64,000 bases of DNA. Origin: an uncultured Pseudobdellovibrionaceae bacterium (GTDB taxonomy: Bacteria > Pseudomonadota > Alphaproteobacteria > Micavibrionales > Micavibrionaceae). Below, in pieces: positions 31,496-40,598 of the stretch. The translations under genes were made by a program, and so were the position numbers. The first letter of the stretch is position 1; each line of letters starts with the position of its first letter. Where the stretch lies: assembly GCA_964498755.1 (NCBI GenBank), contig CAZCIB010000005.1, forward strand, positions 4,560 to 68,559, written 5' to 3'. A model generated the notes under the pieces. It made no database searches. It was not told where the DNA came from and saw nothing but the letters and a program-made list of their open reading frames with translations.

Positions 31496-32902
31496 TTATT
31501 CATCCATCACCCAGCTTTCCGGATCGGCCTGAACTTGTTCGCCGGTTTCCATGTTTTTGACCTCGTGCGATCCGTCCGCGTCGAATGGCGGGAACCAGAC
31601 GTGAGCAATGCCCTTGCGCTCGGCGTAGGCGAGTTGCTTTTTAATTTTCTGCGGGGCGTGGTAGAGCTCGACGTTATAGCCGCGCGTTCTTAATGTCCGG
31701 GCCGCCTGCGCCGCCGCGCTACGCTGTTCCTCGTTCGGCAGGACCATGAGGATATGCGCGGGGCTTGTCGCCTTGACCGGTAGTTTACCCTGCTGTCTAA
31801 GGCGGTCGAACAGGCGCGAAAAGCCGATGGAAATGCCGACGCCCGGCAGATGCTTGTTAATATACCCGCCTGCGAGATCGTCATAGCGCCCGCCGGAACA
31901 GATCGAGCCGTAACCGGGATCGTCCGTAAACACCGTCTCGTACACCGTGCCCGTGTAATAATCCAGCCCGCGGACGATAGAGAGATCGGCCACGACCGCG
32001 CCTTCGGGGAGGTGGAAGAGTTGATCGAGGACGAAGGAGAGTTCTTCGATGCCCTCGTCGAACAATGCCGTCACCCCGGCGGAAGCCGGGGTCCATTCTG
32101 AGCCTGTATTTGAACCTGCCGATGGATTCCGGCTTTCGCCGGAATGACGCTTCAGTAAGTCTTGCGCCAATACTTTTAAATGCTTGGATTTAGTTACTTT
32201 AGTCGCCGTAAGCTCCCTGATAGCGCGAAGATTTACCGTGTTGACGCCTAAATCCACCAATTGGCTTTCAGCTTCTTGCTGGCCAATTTTCTCAATTTTA
32301 TCGACAATGCGGGTAACTTCGGCGACGTTTTCGATTCCGAGTATTTCACACAGGCCAACCAATATCTTCCTGTTACTCACCCGTATCTGTATCTTCTCAT
32401 TCTCCATGCCGGGCAGGGAACTCAGAACCTCCCAGATAATCGCAGGCATTTCCGCGTCGAAATGCAGCGGCAGGTGATCGACGTTGATCACGTCGATATC
32501 GCACTGCATGAATTCGCGGAAGCGTCCGGCCTGCGGCCTTTCGCCGCGCCAGACGCGCTGCATCTGGTAGCGTTTGAACGGGAAGATCAGCTCGTTGAAA
32601 TGCTGCGCCGTATAGCGGGCGAGCGGCACGGTCTGGTCGAAATGGAGCGCGAGCCGGGCTTCCTTGTCGCCTTCTTCCTTGTGCAGGCGCTCGATGACGT
32701 AGATTTCCTTGTCGGCGTCGCCGCCCTTGGCCTCGATGACCGCAAGCTCCTCGACGCTTGGCGTTTCGATGGAGCAAAACCCGTAACTTTCAAAGACGCG
32801 GCGGATATGGTCCAGCCATTGCTGCTCGACCAGCCGCACTTCGGGGAGCCATTCGGGAAAGCCGCTAACGGGCCGGGGCTTGTAAATTTTCTTTTCGCTC
32901 AT
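31496..32902 (-). CDS. hisS: Histidine--tRNA ligase carrying an in-frame family A repeat insert
   Basis: Class II aaRS motifs (GFPEWLP..., YQMQRVWRGERPQAGRFREFMQCD, GGRYDDL) and an anticodon-binding C-terminal domain. ATG at 32902 (MSEKKIY). Confidence 0.9.
   Translation of the reverse strand: MSEKKIYKPRPVSGFPEWLPEVRLVEQQWLDHIRRVFESYGFCSIETPSVEELAVIEAKGGDADKEIYVIERLHKEEGDKEARLALHFDQTVPLARYTAQHFNELIFPFKRYQMQRVWRGERPQAGRFREFMQCDIDVINVDHLPLHFDAEMPAIIWEVLSSLPGMENEKIQIRVSNRKILVGLCEILGIENVAEVTRIVDKIEKIGQQEAESQLVDLGVNTVNLRAIRELTATKVTKSKHLKVLAQDLLKRHSGESRNPSAGSNTGSEWTPASAGVTALFDEGIEELSFVLDQLFHLPEGAVVADLSIVRGLDYYTGTVYETVFTDDPGYGSICSGGRYDDLAGGYINKHLPGVGISIGFSRLFDRLRQQGKLPVKATSPAHILMVLPNEEQRSAAAQAARTLRTRGYNVELYHAPQKIKKQLAYAERKGIAHVWFPPFDADGSHEVKNMETGEQVQADPESWVMDE
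32070..32148. mobile_element. Family A (REPIN-like) hairpin doublet inside hisS, in frame
   Basis: GTCACCCCGGCGGAAGCCGGGGTCC (32070-32094) ... GGATTCCGGCTTTCGCCGGAATGAC (32124-32148). Translated on the minus strand as ...HSGESRNPSAGSNTGSEWTPASAGVT... Confidence 0.85.
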
Positions 32903-32969
32903 AAAGGATGTTGTAAGGGCGGGAAGAGGAGATGGCAAGATATTGATCTCCAGCTTACAAATTTGCACT

Positions 32970-33035
32970 GTCATCCCCGTGAAGACGGGGATCCAAATTC
33001 CGATGACTTTAGGCTCCCGCCTACGCGGGAGTGAC
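32970..33035. repeat. Family A hairpin doublet
   Basis: GTCATCCCCGTGAAGACGGGGATCC ... CTCCCGCCTACGCGGGAGTGAC, between the hisS start and the cobT stop. Confidence 0.8.
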
Positions 33036-33049
33036 AGTGAATAAATAAC

Positions 33050-34900
33050 TTACCGCTTCCCTTTCTTCTCCAGTTCAAACAAATCCGTCAGCTGGCTCAT
33101 CAACGCTTCTGCGAGGGCGTCGGCGTCCGTGATCGTGATCGCCTTTTCGTAGTAGCGCGTGACGTCATGGCCGATGCCGATGGCCGTGAGTTCAACTTTT
33201 GTTCTGGATTCAATCCACTGGATGATGTTCTTCAAGTCCTGCTCGAGGATATTGGACGGGTTGACGGATAGCGTCGAGTCGTCCACCGGCGCGCCGTCGG
33301 AAATCACCATCAGGATTTTGCGCTGCTCCGGGCGGCGGACGAGGCGGTTATACGCCCAGGCCAGAGCCTCGCCGTCGATGTTCTCTTTTAAAATGCCTTC
33401 TTTGAGCATCAGCCCGAGATTTTTGCGCGTGCGCCTCCACGGCGCGTCAGCGGCCTTGTAGATAATGTGGCGCAGATCGTTGAGGCGTCCGGGCTTGCCG
33501 GGGCGGCCCTGCTCAAACCAGAGTTCGCGGGATTTTCCGCCTTTCCACGCGCTTGTGGTAAAGCCGAGGATTTCCACCTTGACGCCCGCGCGTTCCATCG
33601 TCCGGGCGAGGATATCGGCGCAGATCGCCGCAATCGTGATGGGCCGCCCGCGCATCGAGCCGGAGTTGTCGATCAGCAGCGTCACAACCGTATCCCGGAA
33701 CGGCGTTTCCTGCTCCTGCTTGTAGGTGAGCTGAATCGTTGGGTTGGCGATAATCCGCGATAGGCGCGAGGTATCCAGAACGCCTTCCTCGAGATCAAAG
33801 CTCCATGTCCGGTTTTGCCGCGCCATGAGCTGGCGCTGTAATTTATTGGCAAGGCGCGTGATGATGCTCTGCACATGGGTGAGCTGCTTGTCGAGCTGCG
33901 CGCGCAAATGATAAAGATCCGGATGGCTGGTCAGCTCGTCGGCGTGGACGATTTCGTCAAATTGCGTTGTATAGACGTGATAAAGGCCCTGCGCGCCCTC
34001 GCGGAACCCATCCGGACGCTGAACGGGGGGCGGGCCGCCGGGCTCTTCGCTCTGGCCCATCTCCTCGCCGCCGTCTTCCGGGGCGTCCCGCATATCGTCC
34101 ATCAACGCTTCAAGCGCATCGGGGTCGACGTCTTCCCCGCCGTGTTCCGATTGCGAGGATTCGGACTGCTCTTTCTGATCTTGCTGATCCGGCGCGCCGC
34201 CCTCCGCGTCTTCGGAGTCGTCCATTTCCTCGCCGGGCTGGATCTGTTCTTCGGTCTCTTCCTGAAAGACGGGGATATCGAATCCGAGCCTGTGCAGCAG
34301 GTTCGTCGCCGCGCGCGCAAATTTTGCCTGATCGCCGCAATGGTCCTTGAGCGCGGTTAAATCGGCCTTGCGATCCTCCAGCCATGGCCGCCAGAGCGTT
34401 TCGATGTTTTCAACCGCGCCCTTGTTGTTGCGCCCGGTGAGGGCAAGGCTGGCCAGCGCGTAGAGGGCCTCATGATCCGGGATGTCCTCGCGCGCATCCG
34501 CCTTGTCGTAGCCGCAGGAGGCGCAGCGCGCTTCGAGAATTTCCATGATATTGCCGCGCACGCCCTCCATATAGCGCGCGCCCTCGGCCTCGTAGCGCGC
34601 CTGCTCCAGCGCATCAAACGCCGCGCGGGCCTGCGGGTCGGACGGCGCGTATTGCGCGTGAACGGAGGGTTTGTGATTTAACAGGCGCAAGGCCTTAATA
34701 TCGGCGCTGCCGCGCAGCAGGGCGTGGTTCGCCTCTTCAAGCAGGGGCAGGGCGACCACCGGCGGGTCCGCCTTCCGGTCGCCATAGCGCACGGAACCGG
34801 AATACTGCACGTCGATATTTTTAACGCGCGACAATGCCCGCAAGGTCGAGGTCGTTGCGGTTTTGAGACGTTCTGTTTGATGCGCATTCGGATCACTCAT
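33050..34900 (-). CDS. cobT: CobT-like protein (cobaltochelatase subunit CobT family, vWA domain)
   Basis: 616 aa with an acidic central region and a C-terminal vWA/MIDAS domain ([11 protein letters not shown]). It pairs with the cobS-like AAA+ gene, as in many Alphaproteobacteria. Confidence 0.8.
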   Translation of the reverse strand: MSDPNAHQTERLKTATTSTLRALSRVKNIDVQYSGSVRYGDRKADPPVVALPLLEEANHALLRGSADIKALRLLNHKPSVHAQYAPSDPQARAAFDALEQARYEAEGARYMEGVRGNIMEILEARCASCGYDKADAREDIPDHEALYALASLALTGRNNKGAVENIETLWRPWLEDRKADLTALKDHCGDQAKFARAATNLLHRLGFDIPVFQEETEEQIQPGEEMDDSEDAEGGAPDQQDQKEQSESSQSEHGGEDVDPDALEALMDDMRDAPEDGGEEMGQSEEPGGPPPVQRPDGFREGAQGLYHVYTTQFDEIVHADELTSHPDLYHLRAQLDKQLTHVQSIITRLANKLQRQLMARQNRTWSFDLEEGVLDTSRLSRIIANPTIQLTYKQEQETPFRDTVVTLLIDNSGSMRGRPITIAAICADILARTMERAGVKVEILGFTTSAWKGGKSRELWFEQGRPGKPGRLNDLRHIIYKAADAPWRRTRKNLGLMLKEGILKENIDGEALAWAYNRLVRRPEQRKILMVISDGAPVDDSTLSVNPSNILEQDLKNIIQWIESRTKVELTAIGIGHDVTRYYEKAITITDADALAEALMSQLTDLFELEKKGKR

Positions 34901-34912
34901 AATTATAGGTAT

Positions 34913-35311
34913 TTACCGCCAGTCCTCGGTCGTCAACCCCTCGATTCGTTCAAATTCTTTTGTGTTGGACGTGACGAGGACAAGATCATGCGTCAGGGCC
35001 GTGGCGGCGATCAGCAGGTCATACGGACCGATCGGCGTGCCTTGTTGTCTCAGATGCGCGCGGATGTGGCTGGCTTTTAATGCGCTGTCTTCGTCAAAAT
35101 CCAGAACCGGAATTTCAAGCATAAGGCTTGTCAGGATTGGTTTGATTTTTTTCGCCAGCGGCGGATTGAGGGCAAGGCCGTATTCGATTTCCAGGCGGCT
35201 TATGACGGATATGAAGAGTGTTGCAGTGTTTTCAGCCTTGAGGCGCTCTGCCGTGTTTCCGCGGTTCCAGATGAAATCGCTAATAGCGCATGTGTCGAGT
35301 AGGTAAGCCAT
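34913..35311 (-). CDS. vapC: PIN-domain toxin VapC
   Basis: 132 aa: MAYLLDTCAISD... (first acidic residue), ...DLLIAATALTHDLVLVTSNTKEF. Confidence 0.85.
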   Translation of the reverse strand: MAYLLDTCAISDFIWNRGNTAERLKAENTATLFISVISRLEIEYGLALNPPLAKKIKPILTSLMLEIPVLDFDEDSALKASHIRAHLRQQGTPIGPYDLLIAATALTHDLVLVTSNTKEFERIEGLTTEDWR

Positions 35312-35586
35312 TATACGTCATTCTCGTTGCAATCAAGGCCGAGCGGGTCTTCGTTCATAGGGCCGAGACTGCCGTCATTGCGGTAATCCTCAAAGCGCGG
35401 GAAGGAGTCAATGCCGTCCGGCGGCGTGTAGTTTAAAATGGCTTCAGACCATTTTTTGCGGCCGTGGCGCTGCACGTACTCATGCAAAGCCTCACGTACG
35501 ATCGTGTTGCGCTTTTTGCCCGTAGCGGCGCAGATGGCCTCGATGTCTTTTTGCAGCTCGTTTTCAACATAAACGTGGAAGTTCAT
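35311..35586 (-). CDS. vapB: VapB-type antitoxin (ribbon-helix-helix-like)
   Basis: MNFHVYVENELQKDIEAICAATGKKRNTIVREALHEYV. 1-nt overlap with vapC. ATG at 35586 follows AGAGAGG. Confidence 0.7.
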   Translation of the reverse strand: MNFHVYVENELQKDIEAICAATGKKRNTIVREALHEYVQRHGRKKWSEAILNYTPPDGIDSFPRFEDYRNDGSLGPMNEDPLGLDCNENDV

Positions 35587-35840
35587 AAGTTCACGCCTCT
35601 CTTGCATTGTAACATATTATAACATGTTATATATGTTTCGCAATTCATCTTGTTTACGCAATGGATAAGAAAAAGATGTTTTTATACGAGGAGTTACGGA
35701 GAAACGGAGAAGATACTCCGAAACTCTGCTTCTCCGCGTACATATGCGCCCTCTGGAAAATTCGAGATTCTATGGCCGTGCCAGAAGATCGCTTTGTGCG
35801 ATCTGTCAATTACGGCTCCTAACGAAGCTGATCTTAAACC

Positions 35841-35892
35841 GTCATCCCCGCCAACAAGCATGTCCCCGCGCAGGCGGGGGGGGGCGGGCATG
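35841..35892. repeat. Family A hairpin doublet (compact)
   Basis: GTCATCCCCGCCaacaagcatGTCCCCGCGCAGGCGGGGGGGGGCGGGCATGAC. Confidence 0.7.
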
Positions 35893-35955
35893 ACAGGTCT
35901 GGGATGGAAATCAAACGTGGACGGAGTAAAACAGGCTTTTTATCTCCGGCCCCGT

Positions 35956-37014
35956 TCAAGAAGACGTCACATTCAGATAACTGTTCGGGAGTTCGACGCC
36001 GAAGCAGCGCTGGTAAAATTCTGCGACGATGGACCGCTCGCTCTCATCGCATTTATTGAGGAAGGACATGCGGAATGCAAGTTCGCGGTTTCTGAATATC
36101 TCCCAGTTCTCGGCCCAGCTGATCACTGTGCGCGGCGACATCAGCGTTGAAAGATCGCCGTTGATAAAGCCCTGCCGCGTCAAATCCGCGAGCTTGACCA
36201 TCTTGCCGATTTCCTCGCGCATCTCCGCCGTATCAAAGGAGGGGACCTTGCCGATGACGATTTTCATCTCGTCCGCGTGCTTGAGATAATTCAGCGTCGC
36301 GAGAATGTTCCATCGGTCGAGCTGGGCCTGGTTGATCTGCTGGCTGCCGTGATAGAGGCCCGACGTATCGCCGAGTCCAATCGTGTTGGCTGTGGCAAAC
36401 AGCCGAAACGCAGGATGCGGGCGGATAATCGTGTTCTGGTCGAGCAAGGTTAAACGCCCTTCGGCTTCAAGAACGCGCTGGATTACAAACATGACGTCCG
36501 GGCGGCCCGCGTCGTATTCATCGAACACAAGCGCAACCGGGTTCTGGATCGACCAGGGCAGGAGGCCCTCGCGGTACTCGGTGATCTGCTTGCCTTCTTT
36601 CAGGACGATCATGTCCTTGCCGACGAGGTCCATGCGGCTGACATGGCTGTCCAGGTTAATGCGCACGCACGGCCAGTTGAGCCTTGCCGCGACCTGCTCG
36701 ATATGGGTGGATTTCCCGGTGCCGTGATAGCCCTGGATCATCACGCGGCGGTTGTAGGCGAATCCCGCCAAAATCGCGAGAGTCGTTTCATGATCAAAAT
36801 GGTAGGTTTTATCAAGCTCCGGAACGTTCGCGTTGTCCTTCAGGAAACCCGGAATTTGCAAATCGACTTCAATGCCGAACGTCTTGCGCGCGTCATAGGT
36901 CGTGTCGGGAATCGTCGAATAACGTTCCTTGCTTTTGATCGTCGTAATGTCGAACGAGGCGGCCATCGGCTCGCGCTCTTTATCCAGCTCGTCGATATCG
37001 TGTTCCATCGCCAT
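35956..37014 (-). CDS. cobS: CobS-like AAA+ ATPase (cobaltochelatase subunit CobS family)
   Basis: 352 aa with [30 protein letters not shown] and [12 protein letters not shown] (Walker B). Confidence 0.85.
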   Translation of the reverse strand: MAMEHDIDELDKEREPMAASFDITTIKSKERYSTIPDTTYDARKTFGIEVDLQIPGFLKDNANVPELDKTYHFDHETTLAILAGFAYNRRVMIQGYHGTGKSTHIEQVAARLNWPCVRINLDSHVSRMDLVGKDMIVLKEGKQITEYREGLLPWSIQNPVALVFDEYDAGRPDVMFVIQRVLEAEGRLTLLDQNTIIRPHPAFRLFATANTIGLGDTSGLYHGSQQINQAQLDRWNILATLNYLKHADEMKIVIGKVPSFDTAEMREEIGKMVKLADLTRQGFINGDLSTLMSPRTVISWAENWEIFRNRELAFRMSFLNKCDESERSIVAEFYQRCFGVELPNSYLNVTSS

Positions 37015-37017
37015 ATG

Positions 37018-37632
37018 TCAGCTTGTCAGTTTCTCGTACTTCTCATAGGACATTTTCAGTATGGTATAGGCCATATTGATGCTTTTGAGAAGCTCTTCGG
37101 CGTTTTTATCGTCCGGGTTGCGGTCCGGATGATGTTTCTTAACCAGCTCTTTGTAACGCGCCTTGATATCCTCCAGCGTCAGGGGCGGCTCAAGGCCCAT
37201 AATCGCCATTGCGTCGAATTCCGGCGTGTTTTCGTAGTAACTCCGATGTCTGCCCCGCTGTTGTTCCTGTTCTTTTTTGCGGTCTTTTCTTTCCCAGCCT
37301 GCGGCGTCGCGGATTTTATCCTCAAACTCCCGGAAGAAATCCGTGTTGACGCCGTAAATCCATGTAGGCCTGTCGCCGTGGACGCTGCGATGAATATGGC
37401 TTTCGATATCCTCAGCCGACATGCCGGAGAAATAATCCCACGCCTTGTTGTATTCCTGAACGTGCTCGAGACAAAAATTGTAATAACTTTCGAGCGAGCG
37501 GTCGCGCGGCGCCCTGTGTGTCGCTGCGGTCGTGCAGCCCGGCATATCGCAGAATTGCGTGGCGGCTTGCGCTTTTGAAGTCTCCGGGTCAGCGTACTCG
37601 GCTGATTTCGGTTTTAAAAAAATTCGTGGCAT
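37018..37632 (-). CDS. J-domain protein (C-terminal DnaJ domain)
   Basis: ...LEDIKARYKELVKKHHPDRNPDD...AEELLKSINMAYTILK carries the HPD motif. It occupies the conserved position next to cobS and bolA. Confidence 0.8.
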   Translation of the reverse strand: MPRIFLKPKSAEYADPETSKAQAATQFCDMPGCTTAATHRAPRDRSLESYYNFCLEHVQEYNKAWDYFSGMSAEDIESHIHRSVHGDRPTWIYGVNTDFFREFEDKIRDAAGWERKDRKKEQEQQRGRHRSYYENTPEFDAMAIMGLEPPLTLEDIKARYKELVKKHHPDRNPDDKNAEELLKSINMAYTILKMSYEKYEKLTS

Positions 37633-37691
37633 GTCTAGAATATTATGACTTCTCTGGTGGTTTTCTACAAGGCCCGCTTTATATCAGCATC

Positions 37692-37961
37692 ATGGCGATT
37701 GAAGAAGAGATTAGAGACATACTCCTGCATGCGTTCAAGCCAAGCGCGCTTGAAATAAAAAATGAAAGCTGGCGTCATAAAGGGCACGCGGAGGCCGGCG
37801 ATGCGCAGGAAACGCATTACTCCGTTCATATTGTCAGCGAAGAATTCGAAGGCAAATCACGTATTGAAGTTCACAAGCTTGTCTATGGTCAGCTCTCAGA
37901 CGTGATGTCGCGTATACATAGCCTCAAGATTAGAGCATCCTCGCCAGCCGCCGTCCGTTAG
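37692..37961 (+). CDS. bolA: BolA-family protein
   Basis: 89 aa: ...LEIKNESWRHKGHAE...HYSVHIVSEEFEGKSRIEVHKLVY... ATG at 37692. Confidence 0.85.
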   Translation: MAIEEEIRDILLHAFKPSALEIKNESWRHKGHAEAGDAQETHYSVHIVSEEFEGKSRIEVHKLVYGQLSDVMSRIHSLKIRASSPAAVR

Positions 37962-38077
37962 GTTAATATCCCAATGAACAATTAGTGGTTGTGTATGCAT
38001 TCTTTAGAATGTAACATAAGGTTGCGCTACGGGGCGTTTGGCTAATAATTGCGCGAAATCACGTGTCGGGGGGAGAA

Positions 38078-38473
38078 ATGAACGGGGAAACGGAAAAAAG
38101 CTCTTTGATCAGCAGAAACATAACGGTGTCCGGGAAAAGGACATCTGTCAGGCTGGAGCCTGAAATGTGGAATGCGCTAAAAGAAATTGCAAAACGCGAG
38201 AGCTGTACAATCCACGATCTTTGCGGCCTTGTTCATGCAAGGAAAAAGTCGTCTTCTTCTTTGACGGCCTCAATCCGGGTCTTTGTGATGCTATATTACC
38301 GCGCGGCGGCGACGGAAGAGGGACACAAGCTTGCGGGGCACGGGCGTTTTGACAATATGATTGCGCGCGCCCGGCTCAGCGTTAAAAACATTCAGCGTGT
38401 AAAATCACTGTCTTCCAGCAACTATTCCAATGCCAACATAGATCGTTCAGCGGCCTGTCTGCAGTCAGTCTGA
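38078..38473 (+). CDS. Ribbon-helix-helix domain protein (RHH_4-like)
   Basis: RNITVSGKRTSVRLEPEMWNALKEIAKRESCTIHDLCGLV matches the RHH_4 pattern SxRLEPxFWxALxEIA as I recall it. Confidence 0.65.
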   Translation: MNGETEKSSLISRNITVSGKRTSVRLEPEMWNALKEIAKRESCTIHDLCGLVHARKKSSSSLTASIRVFVMLYYRAAATEEGHKLAGHGRFDNMIARARLSVKNIQRVKSLSSSNYSNANIDRSAACLQSV

Positions 38474-38518
38474 TAAGGTTTTCGTTAAGCGGAAGAGAGC
38501 TGATCGCCGGTCGCGCCT

Positions 38519-39466
38519 CTAGGCGGCGCGGCCCATGGCAAGGAATTTACGGCGTCTCTCGGCTACAATTGAATCAATGTCCGTTCTCTTTAATTCGTGA
38601 AGGGCGGAGTCCAGCGCGTCCGCCGCGCGCACCAAAGTTTCGGACGGACTTCTGTGCGCCCCGCCCAGCGGTTCTTCAATGACGCCGTCAATAACGCCTA
38701 GTTTATCAAGGTCCTGAGCCGTAAGTTTCAAGGCCGCCGCGGCGTCATTGGCTTGCGCCGCGCTGCGCCAGAGGATCGACGCGCAGCCTTCAGGTGATAT
38801 GACTGAGTAGACGGAGTGCTCGAGCATGAGTATACGGTCCGCCACGCCAATAGCGATGGCTCCGCCGGACCCGCCTTCGCCGATGATTATTGCGATGAGA
38901 GGAACCCTGGTTTTCAGGCATTGCTCTATGGATTTTGCAATCGCTTCCGATTGGCCGCGTTCCTCCGCGCCTATGCCGGGATAGGCTCCGGCCGTATCTA
39001 TGAGCGTAACAACGGGAATCTGAAAGTGTTCAGCCATGCGCATGAGCCGTTGCGCCTTGCGGTATCCTTCGGGGCGCGCCATGCCAAAGTTGTGATGTAT
39101 GCGGCTTTCCGTGTCGCTGCCTTTTTCGTGGCCCATGACCACGCAACTTTGTCCGCGGAAACGCGCAAGCCCGCCCGGAAGCGCGGAATCCTCGGCGTAA
39201 TAGCGATCACCGGCCAGTGGCGTAAAGTCCGTAAAAAGCCCGTGAATATAGTCCATGAAGTGGGGGCGAGAGGGATGTCTTGCAACCTGGACCTTCTGCG
39301 ACGGCGTCAACTTGCCGTAGGTCTGACGGAGCAGCTTATCCGCCTTGGCTTGCATCCGGCCAATTTCTTCAGCGATATTTACATCGCCGCTGCTACTGAC
39401 GTTGCGCAGCTCGGCGATCTTGCCTTCAAGTTCGAGGATCGGCTTTTCAAAATCGAGTTGGCTCAT
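38519..39466 (-). CDS. accA: Acetyl-CoA carboxylase carboxyltransferase subunit alpha
   Basis: 315 aa with [14 protein letters not shown], ...[24 protein letters not shown] and GEGGSGGA. Confidence 0.96.
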   Translation of the reverse strand: MSQLDFEKPILELEGKIAELRNVSSSGDVNIAEEIGRMQAKADKLLRQTYGKLTPSQKVQVARHPSRPHFMDYIHGLFTDFTPLAGDRYYAEDSALPGGLARFRGQSCVVMGHEKGSDTESRIHHNFGMARPEGYRKAQRLMRMAEHFQIPVVTLIDTAGAYPGIGAEERGQSEAIAKSIEQCLKTRVPLIAIIIGEGGSGGAIAIGVADRILMLEHSVYSVISPEGCASILWRSAAQANDAAAALKLTAQDLDKLGVIDGVIEEPLGGAHRSPSETLVRAADALDSALHELKRTDIDSIVAERRRKFLAMGRAA

Positions 39467-39467
39467 G

Positions 39468-39603
39468 TCCGAGTTGCGAGTTGTGAGTAACGAGTGATAA
39501 GAGCTTATTTAAGCTGGGAGTAAGTTGCAAGTGCGAGCCAAAAAGAAAGTAACGAGCTGTCTTTAAAGACAACTCGCTACCCACAACTCGCGGCTCGCGA
39601 CTT
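39468..39603. repeat. Family C element, GAGTTGT/GCGAGTT-word variant (same words as 22075-22347)
   Basis: Left arm GTCCGAGTTGCGAGTTGTGAGTAACGAGTG... Right arm ...CAACTCGCTACCCACAACTCGCGGCTCGCGAC. Central GTCTTTAAAGAC palindrome. It abuts the accA start and the xerD stop. Confidence 0.8.
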
Positions 39604-40594
39604 ACTTGTCGGTGCCTGTTTTGGATAGAGGGTGCTTGTCCTCTACCGTTTTCTTCAGCTTGTCGCCAACGATATGCGTATATATCTGGGTCGTGGCGAT
39701 ATCGGCGTGTCCGAGCATTTTCTGAACGGACCGCAGATCAGCGCCATGGCTCAGGAGATGCGTTGCAAAAGCATGACGCAGGATATGCGGGCTGACTTTA
39801 CCCGGCTCGATTTCAGCGGCGCGCGCCAGGTCTTTCAGAAGCTGCGCAAAACGCTGGCGCGTCAGGTGGCCGCTGTCAGACGTTCTCGACGGAAACAGCC
39901 ATTTTTCCTGGCGCATTTTGCTTTCCGGGCTGATAAACTGCGGCCGGACCGCAAGATAATTGCTCAGGGCTTCCTGCGCCGGTTCGGTCAGAGGCACCAT
40001 GCGCTCGCGCCCGCCTTTGCCTTCAACCATAAGAAACTGGTTGCCGTCTCCGATTGCGGAGAGGGGAAGGCCAACAAGCTCGGAAACGCGCAGTCCCGTC
40101 GCATAAAGCATTTCAAGAAGGCACACGAGGCGGATGCTGTCGTTGCCGCCACCCTGCGCCGCAGTCTTGATAAGGGACGTGACTTCCGCCTCTGTCAGCG
40201 TTTTGGGCAGAGTGCGGCCCTGTTTCGGGCTTTCAATCGTTGACGTCGGGTCGTCCTGACGCTTGTTTTCGGAAACGAGAAAGCGATAAAACTGCCGCAG
40301 CGCGGAAAGGCGTCTGGCTACAGTGCGTACGGCAATCTGTGAGGTGTTTTCACCTTTGGTGTGGGTTTTCTCGCTGAGATCCTTGAGATAAGCCTTGAGA
40401 TCGTCCGTGCTTGCCGTATCGATATCGGTGTTTCTTTTGTCACGAAGATACACGCTTACGTCGGCGAGATCGCGCCAGTAGGCGTGCCGCGTATTCGTAG
40501 CAGCTCCTTTCTCGGTGGTGAGCATATCGAGAAACGAGTCCACGTAAGTGTGCAACTTCGGTTTGGCCATAGGCGGCCGACCTGGACGTGCCAT
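39602..40594 (-). CDS. xerD: Site-specific tyrosine recombinase XerD
   Basis: 330 aa with ...ATGLRVSELVGL..., ...HILRHAFATHLL..GADLRSVQKMLGHADIATTQIYTH (R-H-R-Y catalytic set). xerD-aroK-aroB neighbourhood. Confidence 0.88.
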   Translation of the reverse strand: MARPGRPPMAKPKLHTYVDSFLDMLTTEKGAATNTRHAYWRDLADVSVYLRDKRNTDIDTASTDDLKAYLKDLSEKTHTKGENTSQIAVRTVARRLSALRQFYRFLVSENKRQDDPTSTIESPKQGRTLPKTLTEAEVTSLIKTAAQGGGNDSIRLVCLLEMLYATGLRVSELVGLPLSAIGDGNQFLMVEGKGGRERMVPLTEPAQEALSNYLAVRPQFISPESKMRQEKWLFPSRTSDSGHLTRQRFAQLLKDLARAAEIEPGKVSPHILRHAFATHLLSHGADLRSVQKMLGHADIATTQIYTHIVGDKLKKTVEDKHPLSKTGTDK

Positions 40595-40598
40595 TTTA

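Noticed and set aside
30581-31503. Several overlapping ORFs (30581-30940 +, 30868-31341 +, 30990-31409 +, 31004-31360 -) and the long N-terminal extension of ORF 30742-31503
   Set aside because: They overlap the better-supported secreted-protein frame (signal peptide at ATG 31371) or translate family A repeats (31386-31487). None has independent support.
35650-36150. 166-aa plus-strand ORF in the vapB-cobS spacer
   Set aside because: Its 5' half translates a family A repeat and its 3' half is antisense to cobS. It has no RBS.
36643-37578. 311-aa plus-strand ORF
   Set aside because: It is antisense to cobS and the J-domain gene, both of which have clear motifs on the minus strand.
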